From Nitrososphaerota archaeon (GTDB lineage: Archaea > Thermoproteota > Nitrososphaeria_A > Caldarchaeales > Calditenuaceae): a DNA stretch of 64,000 bases. The DNA lies in the NCBI GenBank assembly GCA_038845265.1, contig JAWBQR010000005.1, positions 1 through 64,000 on the forward strand, read 5' to 3'. Within the stretch, counting starts at the first letter, position 1. The number at the start of each line of letters is the position of its first letter. Under the pieces are notes generated by a model. That model did no database searches and was not told where the DNA came from. It saw nothing but the letters and a program-made list of their open reading frames with translations. Position numbers and translations under genes: made by a program. This document shows positions 40,448-50,878 of the stretch, one piece after another.

Positions 40448-41128
40448 TTATGGCTCTATCACTGTTCCTGCCTTACCATATAAAATTGCATGTTTAATAT
40501 TTTCAACATTTCTACCATCTACGAAAAGAAGCTTCGTACTTGATCTTTCAAGCATGCTCAGCCCAACTGAATCTATTAATCGATATTCACCTGCACGGTG
40601 AGACGTTGCAGCGAGCATTCTTTGAAGATCTGAATAAGTCATTTTGGGTATGAGTTTGGCGTTTGGATTTATCTTTGGATCGGAGTCATATACTCCCTCC
40701 ACGTCAGTCGCGACGATCAATCTGGATGCCTTAATTGCCTGTGCACATAAAGACGCTACCGCGAATGTCGACTGCCCTGGCCAGAATCCTCCAACTATGG
40801 CCAAATTAGAAATGGCTAATGCCTCTTTAAGCTCAGGAATATTTTTAGGAACTGAAGGATACGCAATATCCTTAAGCGCCTCGATGAATAATGCTGCATG
40901 TATTCTCGTAACTTGAATAGCAATCTCGTCACACAGGGTCTCGTCAGCACCTAGTCTTCTCGCTGCTTCAATAAACCGTCTAGCACCATCCCCACCACCA
41001 ACGACTATTACCCATTTATCGGAGCGACTGAACGTTTCTCTAACAACATCGGCGACCGCCTCTATAAATTTATGGTTAATTTCTTCCCTGTGGAAGAGGT
41101 GCCCCCCTATCTTCAGCACCAAAGACAT
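40448..41128 (-). CDS. pyrH: UMP kinase
   Basis: VLKIGG, VVGGG..AR..I, PGQST, TDVEGVYDSDP. Confidence 0.92.
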   Translation of the reverse strand: MSLVLKIGGHLFHREEINHKFIEAVADVVRETFSRSDKWVIVVGGGDGARRFIEAARRLGADETLCDEIAIQVTRIHAALFIEALKDIAYPSVPKNIPELKEALAISNLAIVGGFWPGQSTFAVASLCAQAIKASRLIVATDVEGVYDSDPKINPNAKLIPKMTYSDLQRMLAATSHRAGEYRLIDSVGLSMLERSSTKLLFVDGRNVENIKHAILYGKAGTVIEP

Positions 41129-41283
41129 ACATATCTATCGATTCATAGTAGATTATAACCTAACCTAGCCAGAGTCGGGTCAGACTTATTAAACAGCAGA
41201 ATTAATAATGAATACAGCGAGTTGAACAATGAAAATAGGAACACCTATTGCTACTAGCTGCTAGCTGTCGGGGCGGGATTGTC

Positions 41284-42534
41284 ATGAAGCATGATTCTGT
41301 AACGCTTTATAAATTTAAGCGCATGATAGAAGAGCTAGAGAAGAAGGAGGGCAGGGGAACCGAGCTAGTCAGTATCTACGTGCCCCCTGGAAGAAGGATC
41401 GATGAAGTGATTGCCTATCTTAGGCAAGAATACGCGACCGCATCAAACATTAAGTCTAAGTCGACCAGGAAGAATGTAATGGATGCAATTGAGAGCGCCA
41501 TCCAGCGCCTAAAACTATTTAGCGATGCTGGTGAAAATGGCTTGATTATTTTTAGTGGAGCAATCCCACAAAACGGTCCAGGAACTGAGAAGATCGAGGT
41601 CTATCACGTTATCCCACCCATGCCAATAAATATTTTCCTTTATCGATGCGACAGTAAGTTTCATCTCGAGCCTTTAAAAGACCTAGTTAAGGAGAAAGAC
41701 GTCTACGGCGTATTAGTAGTCGATAATGAAGAAGCAGCCGTCGCTGTTCTCAAGGGAAGATCAGTAACTGAGATTCAGACATATACTTCAGGAGTGCCTG
41801 GTAAGCATAGGGCTGGTGGACAATCAGCCCGAAGATTCGAGAGGCTCAGAGACCAAGCACTTACAGAGTATTATAAGAGAGTGGCAGAACATGCAAATGA
41901 AATCTTCCTGAAGTATCCAGACATAAAAGCAATAATAATAGCTGGTCCTGGACCAACAAAGGAGATCTTTAGCAAAGGCGAATTACTGCACTATACTCTT
42001 CGAGATAAGATTTACGTAGTTGACACGTCATATTCAGGCGAGGAAGGAGTTAGAGAAGCTATAGATAAGGCATCTGAACAACTAAGAGAACTACGACTAG
42101 TAGAGGAGAGAAGACTGATTGATAAAATCATCTGGATGGCGTCGAATGCTGGAGGAGTTATCTATGGTGAAAAACAAGTTAGGGAAGCATTAAGGAACAG
42201 ACAATTAGCCTTGCTCGTCATAAGCGAGGACCTAGACAAATATGAAGTTGAGGTAAAATGCAGCTCATGCGGATACAGCGAAAAGTATTCAGTAACGAGT
42301 GAAGAGCTTGTTTCAAAGCTTCCACAGAGATTGGCCGAAAAATGCCCAAGTTGTGGAATGGCGACCTTAACCAAGACTTCTGAGGAGTTTCTAATCGACG
42401 TCTTGATTAGGGAGGCTGAGGATGCAGGCACAGAAGTTGAACTTGTTTCTTCTGCGCATGAGTCGGGAGAGATGTTTAAGAAGGCATTTATGGGACTTGC
42501 AGGGGTGCTTAAGGGACACCAGTACAATCTTTAG
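41284..42534 (+). CDS. prf1: Peptide chain release factor aRF1
   Basis: GRGTELVSIY, ASNIKS (NIKS), YRCDSKF, GKHRAGGQS; Zn-ribbon insert in domain 3. Confidence 0.96.
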   Translation: MKHDSVTLYKFKRMIEELEKKEGRGTELVSIYVPPGRRIDEVIAYLRQEYATASNIKSKSTRKNVMDAIESAIQRLKLFSDAGENGLIIFSGAIPQNGPGTEKIEVYHVIPPMPINIFLYRCDSKFHLEPLKDLVKEKDVYGVLVVDNEEAAVAVLKGRSVTEIQTYTSGVPGKHRAGGQSARRFERLRDQALTEYYKRVAEHANEIFLKYPDIKAIIIAGPGPTKEIFSKGELLHYTLRDKIYVVDTSYSGEEGVREAIDKASEQLRELRLVEERRLIDKIIWMASNAGGVIYGEKQVREALRNRQLALLVISEDLDKYEVEVKCSSCGYSEKYSVTSEELVSKLPQRLAEKCPSCGMATLTKTSEEFLIDVLIREAEDAGTEVELVSSAHESGEMFKKAFMGLAGVLKGHQYNL

Positions 42535-42586
42535 CACGTAAAGACTTAAACCCAAATATCCCCTTCAAAATCTAGTAATTTTAAAA

Positions 42587-43147
42587 ATGTCTACTAATAC
42601 TCCATATCGTCCAGCTGAGGACACATGGCTTCTCGAAGATTCATTAAGAAATATACGTGATGTGAATCGCTCAGTCGAAGTAGGATGCGGAACAGGATAT
42701 ATCACAAAAATACTCTCAGAAAAGTCTAGAGATGTCATAGCGATTGAAAAAGACATCCAATCAGCATATGATGCGAGAGATTACCTTAAAGATGTTCTAG
42801 GGAACATTCATATCATCATCGCTGACGGAATGAGCCCGATTAATGATTACGCTAAGATAGATCTGATCGTATCGAATCCGCCATATCTTCCATCCGACGA
42901 GACTCTTCATGACCAAACAATACATGGTGGGCCAACAGGTGTCGAGACATCGGAAGAAATAATTAAGCAAGCTCTTCCATTTCTAAGGAGAGGAGGAGAA
43001 TTATTTTTAATCTCCTCATCTCTCGGAGACCAGGAAAAATTGCTAGAAACAATTCATCAATTTGGGTTATCGGCGGAGATCTTAAATTCCAGACGGATGT
43101 TCTTCGAGGAGATAATATGTTTAAAAATCTATCAAGCACAAAAATAA
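42587..43147 (+). CDS. HemK2/PrmC-like release factor glutamine methyltransferase
   Basis: YRPAEDTWLL, EVGCGTG, SNPPYL. Confidence 0.9.
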   Translation: MSTNTPYRPAEDTWLLEDSLRNIRDVNRSVEVGCGTGYITKILSEKSRDVIAIEKDIQSAYDARDYLKDVLGNIHIIIADGMSPINDYAKIDLIVSNPPYLPSDETLHDQTIHGGPTGVETSEEIIKQALPFLRRGGELFLISSSLGDQEKLLETIHQFGLSAEILNSRRMFFEEIICLKIYQAQK

Positions 43148-43174
43148 AGATCTCTATCCATGGAGCGTAATAAA

Positions 43175-43182
43175 TTTAATTA
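43175..43182 (+). promoter_or_regulatory. Putative TATA box of tRNA-Ile gene
   Basis: TTTAATTA about 26-33 nt upstream of the mature tRNA 5' end, preceded by an A-rich BRE-like stretch. Confidence 0.45.
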
Positions 43183-43207
43183 ATAGGTGTCTAGGTATTC
43201 TAATCTG

Positions 43208-43313
43208 GGGCCCGTAGCTCAGCCTGGCTGGAGCGCTCGGCTGATAACCGAGAAACAATGGGTTGAGCCCTATTGTTCGGGAGAGGTCGCCGGTTCGAAT
43301 CCGGCCGGGCCCA
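43208..43313 (+). tRNA. trnI: tRNA-Ile(GAT) with 31-nt intron at non-canonical position 43/44 (intron 43253-43283); CCA not encoded
   Basis: Acceptor GGGCCCG/CGGGCCC+A, anticodon arm CTCGG-CTGATAA-CCGAG, T arm GCCGG-TTCGAAT-CCGGC; insert AAACAATGGGTTGAGCCCTATTGTTCGGGAG forms a hairpin with two AGA bulges. Confidence 0.93.
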
Positions 43314-43363
43314 CTTTAAGATAATTAGATTTAAATGGCTGTTGTGTTGAGTCTTATATCGAT

Positions 43364-44509
43364 ATGACCCGTTCTTCTTTATTTGTTAAAGCAGCAGTTC
43401 TGCGACAGGCAGGTTTGCCGCGTCCTTATGCTAAGTCTAAGCCATTAAGTGTTGACGAGGTTAGACTTGAGAAACCTGGGCCTGGAGAAGCTCTCGTAAA
43501 GGTTGTCTCTGCTGGGATTTGTCATTCAGACTTAGCGGCTGTTGAAGGTGTTAGACGGTTTCCTCTCCCCGTTGTTCTGGGACATGAGGCTGCTGGAATA
43601 GTCACTGAGGTGGGAGAAGGAGTCACCTCAGCCAGGGTCGGTGACCACGTAGTGCTGTCGTTTGTCGCGTCTTGTGGTAGATGCATCTATTGCCAGTCAG
43701 GTAGGCCTGCACTATGCGATCCGGGCAGACAAGCAAATAGGAATGCAACGCTGTTGAATGGTGTTAAGAAGTTTTCAAAAAATGGAGAAGTTATTGGTCA
43801 TCACTTGGGAGTCAGTGCCTTTTCTGAGTATACAGTTGTCTCGGATAAGTCCCTCATACCTCTGCCACAGGAGCTGCCACTCGAGAAGGCCGCATTATTC
43901 GGATGCGCAATAACCACAGGATTCGGAGCAGTTATGAATACCGCTAGGGTCAAGCCTGGATCAAGCGTTGCCGTATTCGGGTGTGGTGGTGTTGGACTGA
44001 ATATAGTTCAGGCCTCCCGACTTGCGGGAGCCGCCACAATAATAGCTGTAGATATACTTGATGAAAAATTGGAGGTTGCCAGCAAGCTTGGAGCTACACA
44101 TCTTATTAATTCGAGAAAGACTGACCCCGTAGAGGAGGTAAAGAAAATCACCGATGGAAAAGGTGTTGATTATGCATTTGAGGCGGTCGGTATTACAGGC
44201 GTCATGGAACAGGCATTTAGGTCGACTAAGAAGCAAGGCATGACTATCTGTTTAGGCATGACTTCGCCCGACTCTAGAATAGTGATTCCTTCCTCGCTGC
44301 TAATAGATGAGGAGCGTCAACTCGTCGGCTCATTCATGGGATCAGCCGTTCCTATTAGGGATATTCCAGTCCTAGTCAATCTCTATCTATCTGGACGAAT
44401 AAACCTCGATTACATCATCTCGAGATACATAACACTTGACGAAATTAACGAGGCAATGGACAATTTAGCCACGGGGGAAGCTATGCGACAGATAATTAGA
44501 TTCAAGTAG
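43364..44509 (+). CDS. Zn-dependent alcohol dehydrogenase (class III-like MDR)
   Basis: GICHSD, GHEAAG, CGRCIYC..C, FGCGGVG. Confidence 0.93.
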   Translation: MTRSSLFVKAAVLRQAGLPRPYAKSKPLSVDEVRLEKPGPGEALVKVVSAGICHSDLAAVEGVRRFPLPVVLGHEAAGIVTEVGEGVTSARVGDHVVLSFVASCGRCIYCQSGRPALCDPGRQANRNATLLNGVKKFSKNGEVIGHHLGVSAFSEYTVVSDKSLIPLPQELPLEKAALFGCAITTGFGAVMNTARVKPGSSVAVFGCGGVGLNIVQASRLAGAATIIAVDILDEKLEVASKLGATHLINSRKTDPVEEVKKITDGKGVDYAFEAVGITGVMEQAFRSTKKQGMTICLGMTSPDSRIVIPSSLLIDEERQLVGSFMGSAVPIRDIPVLVNLYLSGRINLDYIISRYITLDEINEAMDNLATGEAMRQIIRFK

Positions 44510-44543
44510 TCCATACATGGTATAAATTTACGGGTTGTTTTAA

Positions 44544-45620
44544 TTGCTATTCATAATTTACGCGACTGGAAGGTGTAATTTATCATGTAAGTACTGTGGT
44601 GGTAGTTTTCGTCCTAACGTTGTGCCTTGGGAAGTGAAATATGATGTACGTCTACTCGCTGATTTAGCTGACAGCAGCGATGTAATAGCATTCTATGGAG
44701 GCGAGCCTCTTCTTAACCAGAAATTTATTAAGAAAGTAGTAGAAGTTTTAGGTAACCGCACCTACGTCTTACAGACAAATGGTCTGCTTCTGGGCGAGTT
44801 ACCTCCTGAATTACTCAAAGTTTTTGATACAATTCTAGTATCCATTGATGGTGTCCCTTCAATAACTGATAAGTATAGGGGCCGTGGTGTCTATGATAAA
44901 GTCGTCGAGAACGTTCGTATGATTCATAGTATGGGGTATAGCGGCGACATAGTTGCTAGGATGACGGTGAACGAGGATACTGACATATATAGAGATGTTT
45001 CTCATCTCATTGTTCTGGGGCTTTTTAAACACATCCACTGGCAACTTAACTTCGTCTGGACCGATAAGAATGCATGGAGGGATCCATGCAGCTGGGTCAG
45101 AAATAACTATGCACCAAGACTGGAACTACTGATGAATGAGTGGCTAAGAGAATTAAAGTCAGGAAGGATAATTGGTATTGTTCCCTTTCAAGGAGTTCTA
45201 AAAAGACTCCTGAGACGTGAGGACACGGCTCCACCGTGTGGTTCCGGGGTTGATTCGTTTACAATTCTTCCAGATGGTAGAATAATTAGCTGCCCGATAG
45301 CTGTCACTGAGGAATGGGCACTAGTAGGCAGGTTGGGAGAGACGGATAGATCAGAACTGAAGAAATATAAAGTCCATATTGATGGGCCGTGCATCAATTG
45401 TAGTTATTATTCAGCATGTGGGGGCAGATGTCTTTATACACACATTGAAAAGTTATGGGGAGAAGTTGGTGATAAGGCGATATGCAGCGCCTCTAGGTCT
45501 TTAATCGATCTTGTCGAGTCGAGGTCCCAAGAAATAATGCGTATAATCAAAGAGCAGCGTGTATCCATGGATAAAATTCTTTATCCGCAATACAATAACA
45601 CAGTAGAAATAATTCCCTAG
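44544..45620 (+). CDS. Radical SAM/SPASM protein (AF_0577/TIGR04084-like)
   Basis: CNLSCKYC, FYGGEPL, SPASM CGSG..CPI..CINCSYYSACGGRC, C-terminal EIIP. Confidence 0.85.
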   Translation: MLFIIYATGRCNLSCKYCGGSFRPNVVPWEVKYDVRLLADLADSSDVIAFYGGEPLLNQKFIKKVVEVLGNRTYVLQTNGLLLGELPPELLKVFDTILVSIDGVPSITDKYRGRGVYDKVVENVRMIHSMGYSGDIVARMTVNEDTDIYRDVSHLIVLGLFKHIHWQLNFVWTDKNAWRDPCSWVRNNYAPRLELLMNEWLRELKSGRIIGIVPFQGVLKRLLRREDTAPPCGSGVDSFTILPDGRIISCPIAVTEEWALVGRLGETDRSELKKYKVHIDGPCINCSYYSACGGRCLYTHIEKLWGEVGDKAICSASRSLIDLVESRSQEIMRIIKEQRVSMDKILYPQYNNTVEIIP

Positions 45621-45670
45621 TGCTTTACTGAGGATTTCTATATATCAAGTAGATCGAATAACAATTAAGG

Positions 45671-46552
45671 ATGAGTCTAGGCGCCATCAGCGGCAAATCT
45701 CTGCATTCGAGGCTAAAGGGAATATCTGCATTGATTATGACATCAATGGTTTGGGGCTCCTCTTTTCCGGCGATAAAATTTATAGTCTCAATAGTAGACG
45801 AAGCTACATATACGTGGCTGAGGGGGACAGTAGCGCTCATAGGCCTGTCTCCGTACGTCTTTTATTACCTATTCAAGAATGGGGTAAAAAAGAGATACTT
45901 AGTTGGTGGAATAACGGCTGGAATAGCATTCACGCTCGGACTGTGGCTACAGGGATGGGGAACTAAGTATACATCTGCATCAAACTCAGCCTTCATAACA
46001 GGATTATTCATAATATTCGTACATATTTATGAGACCTTTAGCAATAAGAGATACTCAATTAGCGCCTTTACTTCTCTACTCGTCGCTATTACAGGGATAT
46101 ATTTCTTAACATTGCCGAGCGGAGGGGCTGGTCTTGGAGAATTACTTGTATTGGTGGGAGCACTCTTCTGGGCTGTTCAAGTGCTTATTGTTGATAAGTA
46201 TAGTGATTCAAATCCATTGGTATTCACGTTTTATGAAATTATACCTACTCTGCTCTTTATGCCATTAAGCATATCGAGCCATGGCCTTTCGATTAGCAAT
46301 GCTTTAACTATATTATTTCCGATCGTTTATCTCGGATTAATATCGACAAACCTAGGATTCATTCTACAAGTCTATGGACAGAGATGGCTCAGACCATTTG
46401 AGGCATCTCTCGTCATGCTCTTTGAGCCGATATTCGCCGCAATCTTTTCAGCACTTCTAATTAAGGAAAGCTTTAGTATCACTTGGATCCTAGGCGCCAG
46501 CCTCATATTTGTCGGAATGCTAATCGCAGTCTCAAGACCCATTCGTAGGTAA
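45671..46552 (+). CDS. EamA/DMT family transporter
   Basis: VWGSSF, TSASNSAFIT, EPIFAA; about 10 TM helices. Confidence 0.9.
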   Translation: MSLGAISGKSLHSRLKGISALIMTSMVWGSSFPAIKFIVSIVDEATYTWLRGTVALIGLSPYVFYYLFKNGVKKRYLVGGITAGIAFTLGLWLQGWGTKYTSASNSAFITGLFIIFVHIYETFSNKRYSISAFTSLLVAITGIYFLTLPSGGAGLGELLVLVGALFWAVQVLIVDKYSDSNPLVFTFYEIIPTLLFMPLSISSHGLSISNALTILFPIVYLGLISTNLGFILQVYGQRWLRPFEASLVMLFEPIFAAIFSALLIKESFSITWILGASLIFVGMLIAVSRPIRR

Positions 46553-46602
46553 TCAATGATAAAAAATTTATAGCCAAAATAATATCTCATAACTTAGACC
46601 AT

Positions 46603-47736
46603 ATGCATTTAAACCCGACTACCTGCAAGATATGCGGGACATCAAAAATAGTGAGCAGAAGCATCGGTATCTGTATCGATTGCTTTAGAAAAAATAAAGG
46701 AGAAAACATACTCAGAGAGGCATTAGAGACACATAAAAAATATAGGAAGATTTATGGGCTTGTACCCGAGCCTCCAAAAAGCCACAGCGGCATAAGGTGC
46801 ACCTTATGCTCTAATAGTTGTAGTATAGGGGAGGGCGAAGTAGGATACTGCGGACTTAGAAGAAATATAAACGGCAGACTAGTCTCTAAAACAGATAACG
46901 AGACGGCAATCCTTCATTATTATCTTGACGCACACGTAACTAATTGTTGCGCAAGCTGGTTCTGTCCTGCAGGCACGGGTAAGTGGTATCCTAACTATTC
47001 ATGTAAAAACGGCCCTGAATACGGATATTACAACCTAGCAATATTTTTCTATGGATGTAACTTTGATTGTCTATTCTGCCAGAACTATAATCACAAAGAA
47101 CTTAAGAACGCTGAAACTGTAAAGGCATCTGAGTTGGTTAATCTTACATTGAATAATTCCTTAATCACTTGTTGGTGCTTCTTTGGAGGTTCTCCAGAGC
47201 CCCAGTTACCATTCGCGATTAATTCTGCTAGAAAAATACTTCAAGCCAAGCGGCCGGACAGAATTCTCAGAATATGTTTCGAGTGGAATGGGTGTGGCAA
47301 TCCTCACTTAGCGATGAGGGCTGCCGAGCTGGCTTATCAATCAGGTGGAAACATAAAATTTGATCTAAAATGCTGGGATGAAGAGTTAAGCATCGCCCTA
47401 AGTGGAGTCTCTAATAAAGAAGCTTTTAGAAACTTTGAGGCTATTGCGAGGAGGTTCCCAATAGAGAAAGATCATCCTCCAACTATATGCGCCACTACGC
47501 TGCTAGTTCCGGGATACGTAGACGCAATAGAGGTGGGAGCAATAGCTGACTTCATAGCGTCCATCGACCCAGAGATACCATATAGCCTTCTTGTCTTTCA
47601 TCCAGATTTTGTGATGTATGATCTCCCAGTCACGCCTATAAAACAAGTTCAAGAGTGCCTAAAAACCGTTAAAAATAAGCTAAAAAATGTATGGATCGGA
47701 AATATTCATCTGTTGTCCACGGAACTATTATTATAA
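46603..47736 (+). CDS. Radical SAM protein (PFL-activating-enzyme-like/AmmeMemoRadiSam-like)
   Basis: CTLCSNSC..GYCG N-terminal Cys cluster, GCNFDCLFCQN, GGSP, TLLVPG. Confidence 0.85.
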   Translation: MHLNPTTCKICGTSKIVSRSIGICIDCFRKNKGENILREALETHKKYRKIYGLVPEPPKSHSGIRCTLCSNSCSIGEGEVGYCGLRRNINGRLVSKTDNETAILHYYLDAHVTNCCASWFCPAGTGKWYPNYSCKNGPEYGYYNLAIFFYGCNFDCLFCQNYNHKELKNAETVKASELVNLTLNNSLITCWCFFGGSPEPQLPFAINSARKILQAKRPDRILRICFEWNGCGNPHLAMRAAELAYQSGGNIKFDLKCWDEELSIALSGVSNKEAFRNFEAIARRFPIEKDHPPTICATTLLVPGYVDAIEVGAIADFIASIDPEIPYSLLVFHPDFVMYDLPVTPIKQVQECLKTVKNKLKNVWIGNIHLLSTELLL

Positions 47737-47808
47737 TTTAAAGCACGAGACATTTCCAGCGTTTAACATATAACTGGGTTTATTCAATATGAATAAAGGA
47801 ATAGAGAA

Positions 47809-49137
47809 TTGGTAAGTCTCGGAGAGGCGCTGAGGAGCGCAATATCGAAGTTCATGGGAGCGCCCGTGGCTGATAAACAAGCAATCGATGAGCTAGTCAG
47901 AGGAATTCAGAGAGCATTATTAATTTCTGACGTTAATGTAGAACTAGTCCAGAAAATATCTATAGAAGTCAAGAAGAGGGCCGAAGAGATAAAGCCTCCT
48001 CCAGGGATATCTAGAAAAGACCAAATCATAAAGATCGTTTACGAAGAGCTGATAAATCTTTTAGGAGGAACGACCAAGAAGTTAGAGATAAAAAAGAAGC
48101 CTTATGTCTTAATGGTGGTGGGTATACAAGGATCTGGCAAGACAACAACAATTGCCAAAATAGCTTATTACTTGTCTCGGAATGGTTATAAGCCCGGAAT
48201 AATATGTGCCGATACTTATAGGCCCGCTGCATACGAACAACTTGTCCAGCTTGTCGGACCATTAGGCATACCGATATACGGAGAACCCAATAGCTACGAC
48301 GCAGTATCAATTGCGCTCAGCGGGATAGAGGAAATAAAGAAAAAGGGATGCGACGTAATCATCATAGACACTGCTGGGAGACATAGAGATCAGGAATCAC
48401 TAATGAAAGAAATGGCAGAACTCCAAGAAAAGATCAAGCCAGACGAGGTGGCCCTCGTAATAGATGGGACAATAGGGCAGCAGGCGAAACTACAGGCCGA
48501 GGCATTTAACAAGACAGCAAGAATTGGATGGATAATTCTGACAAAGATGGACACCTCGGCCAGAGGTGGCGGCGCAATCTCAGCCGTCGCGGCTACTGGC
48601 GCCCCTATCTACTTCATAGGGACGGGCGAGAAGATTAGTGATATAGAACCATTTGACCCCATGCGTTATGTCTCACGTATTCTCGGCATACCTGATATTG
48701 AGGGCCTGATTGAGCGTGTAAGAATGGCCGAGATAAGTGTATCAGAGGAGGAGGCAGAGAAGATTCTATCAGGAAAGTTCACCTTAATGGACATGGTGAA
48801 ACAAGTCAAGGAGCTTAGAAAGACAGGGCCGCTTGGAAAGCTATTGAAGATGTTGCCGATACCTGGACTGGGGAGCCTTCCAGAAGAAGAATTAAACAAA
48901 TTAGAAGAACAGGCAAAAAGATGGGAGGCGGCAGTCTACTCCATGACCCCTGAGGAGAGAAATGATCCAGGCCTAATCGATTCATCAAGGGCTAGGAGAA
49001 TAGCTAGGGGTGCTGGAATAACTGAGAAAGATGTTAAACAACTTGTAAAACAATTCCAAGAAGCTAAAAGAATGATGAAGAGTATCAAGAGGGCCCAGCA
49101 CAGGGTTCCGAAAGAATTATTCATGAAGAAGAGGTGA
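47809..49137 (+). CDS. srp54: Signal recognition particle protein SRP54
   Basis: [27 protein letters not shown] domain [11 protein letters not shown]. Confidence 0.96.
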   Translation: MVSLGEALRSAISKFMGAPVADKQAIDELVRGIQRALLISDVNVELVQKISIEVKKRAEEIKPPPGISRKDQIIKIVYEELINLLGGTTKKLEIKKKPYVLMVVGIQGSGKTTTIAKIAYYLSRNGYKPGIICADTYRPAAYEQLVQLVGPLGIPIYGEPNSYDAVSIALSGIEEIKKKGCDVIIIDTAGRHRDQESLMKEMAELQEKIKPDEVALVIDGTIGQQAKLQAEAFNKTARIGWIILTKMDTSARGGGAISAVAATGAPIYFIGTGEKISDIEPFDPMRYVSRILGIPDIEGLIERVRMAEISVSEEEAEKILSGKFTLMDMVKQVKELRKTGPLGKLLKMLPIPGLGSLPEEELNKLEEQAKRWEAAVYSMTPEERNDPGLIDSSRARRIARGAGITEKDVKQLVKQFQEAKRMMKSIKRAQHRVPKELFMKKR

Positions 49138-49146
49138 GCAGACCTA

Positions 49147-50490
49147 TTGGATACGATTACCGAGAAGGCCCTCGAAGTGTTAAGGAAGTATCCGCTTTGC
49201 TGCACATGTCTTGGCAGGCTATTTGCGGGACTCGGAAAAGGCATCGGGAACAAACTCAGGGGAGAAAGCATAAAGTCTCTCTTAACTATGCAAGCTGATT
49301 CGGCCCTCCGCGAAGGTGACCAAAAAGCACTGGAAACCATAAAAATTCTCGCGGCTACTGGTTGGAAGCCTGCACAACAAATCGCCTCAACTTTAGGAAT
49401 TAACTATGAAGAGAAGGATTGCATGATTTGCTTCAATAAGCTGACGAATGAAAACATAGAGAATATTGCTAGAAAAATTGAAGATAGGTTAAGGGAATAC
49501 GAGTTTAAAACATTTTTGGTAGGCTCAAGAATTCCGGGATTCATAAAGATACTTGAAGAAAACATATTCTCGGAATTCTCATTGATATATGCTGAAAGCA
49601 TTAGAAAAGACATTGATAGGGAAATAGGAAAGAAGCTTGAGGAAATCCTGAAACGCGAGGTTGATTTTCATTATCCCGAAGTCGTCGCGATTGTTGATAT
49701 ATATACTGGAAACATTGAGGTGAATGTATCACCTTTATTCATCAAGGGAAAATACTTAAAACACGAGGCAGGTATACCTCAGACTCCTTGGCTTTGCCGG
49801 AATTGCTGGGGAGTTGGATGCACCAAATGCGGCTACAAAGGAAGAGAATACGATAATTCCGTATCAGAGTTTATTAGTTTACCAGCAGTAAGGCTTAGCG
49901 GAGCCATAGATTATGTGTTCCATGCAGCTGGACGAGAAGACTTAGACGCATTCGTTAAAGGCGAAGGACGCCCATTCATAATTGAGCTGAAGGAACCGAG
50001 GAAACGCACAATCGACTTTAAGGAATATTCAGAACTTGTTCACAAATACTCCGAGGGGAAGGTGGAAGTCAAGGATCTGAACTACGCCTCAAGATCGGAA
50101 GTTCGTCTATTAAAGACGTATATAGAAAAGGCAAAAAAGAGATATTTAGCAATAGTGACATTTGAGTCTCCTATTTGTGAAGCGGCTATAAAAGAGGTCG
50201 AAAAATACTTTACTAATAGGGTTATCGAGCAGCAGACGCCCATCAGGGTTCTTTCAAGAAGGGCAGATAAGGTCAGAAAGAAATATGTATATTCAATAGC
50301 AGCTCAGAAAATCGATGATTATACCCTGTCATTTGAAATCCTTGCCGATGCAGGTCTCTACATCAAGGAACTGATACACGGAGACCTTGGAAGAACAAGC
50401 CCATCTATAAGTGAATTTTTAGGCATTATGCCAAAAAGCATAAAATTAACTATTCTCGAAGTACTCGAAGGAAAGATTCAGAAACCATAA
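49147..50490 (+). CDS. pus10: tRNA pseudouridine(54/55) synthase Pus10
   Basis: LCCTCLGR, FHAAGRED, GRPF, GLYIKELIHGD.GRT.PS. Confidence 0.93.
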   Translation: MDTITEKALEVLRKYPLCCTCLGRLFAGLGKGIGNKLRGESIKSLLTMQADSALREGDQKALETIKILAATGWKPAQQIASTLGINYEEKDCMICFNKLTNENIENIARKIEDRLREYEFKTFLVGSRIPGFIKILEENIFSEFSLIYAESIRKDIDREIGKKLEEILKREVDFHYPEVVAIVDIYTGNIEVNVSPLFIKGKYLKHEAGIPQTPWLCRNCWGVGCTKCGYKGREYDNSVSEFISLPAVRLSGAIDYVFHAAGREDLDAFVKGEGRPFIIELKEPRKRTIDFKEYSELVHKYSEGKVEVKDLNYASRSEVRLLKTYIEKAKKRYLAIVTFESPICEAAIKEVEKYFTNRVIEQQTPIRVLSRRADKVRKKYVYSIAAQKIDDYTLSFEILADAGLYIKELIHGDLGRTSPSISEFLGIMPKSIKLTILEVLEGKIQKP

Positions 50491-50574
50491 ATTCTTCATG
50501 GACATTAAAAATAGGTGTCAAAACATATATGTGAGGACTACGACTTTATTCAATAGTAATAAAGGTGAAAGGGG

Positions 50575-50871
50575 CTGACACGACATAGTGGGTTTAGAGC
50601 TAGGTGTAGAGCCATGCTTACTAGAGAGGTGGGAGAACGAGCAGGCCCAAAGCCCGAAGTTTATCTAAGCGAGATACCTATCGGAAGCAAAGTATCCATC
50701 ATTATTGATCCGGCTACTCATAGGGGATCTCCACATAGACGCTATCATGGAAAAATCGGCGAGATAGTAGAGAAACGGGGCCGTGGATACATCGTAGCTG
50801 TAAAAGTTGGATCAAAGAGAAAACTTCTATCACTGTTGCCGGAGCATATAAGACCATTTATTCAGGGGTGA
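50575..50871 (+). CDS. rpl21e: 50S ribosomal protein L21e (probable CTG start)
   Basis: PHRRYHGKIG, PEHIRP; in-frame upstream CTG-ACA-CGA-CAT-AGT-GGG-TTT-AGA gives conserved-looking N-terminus (M)TRHSGFRARCR after a GGTGA SD. Confidence 0.93.
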   Translation: MTRHSGFRARCRAMLTREVGERAGPKPEVYLSEIPIGSKVSIIIDPATHRGSPHRRYHGKIGEIVEKRGRGYIVAVKVGSKRKLLSLLPEHIRPFIQG

Positions 50872-50878
50872 AAAAATT

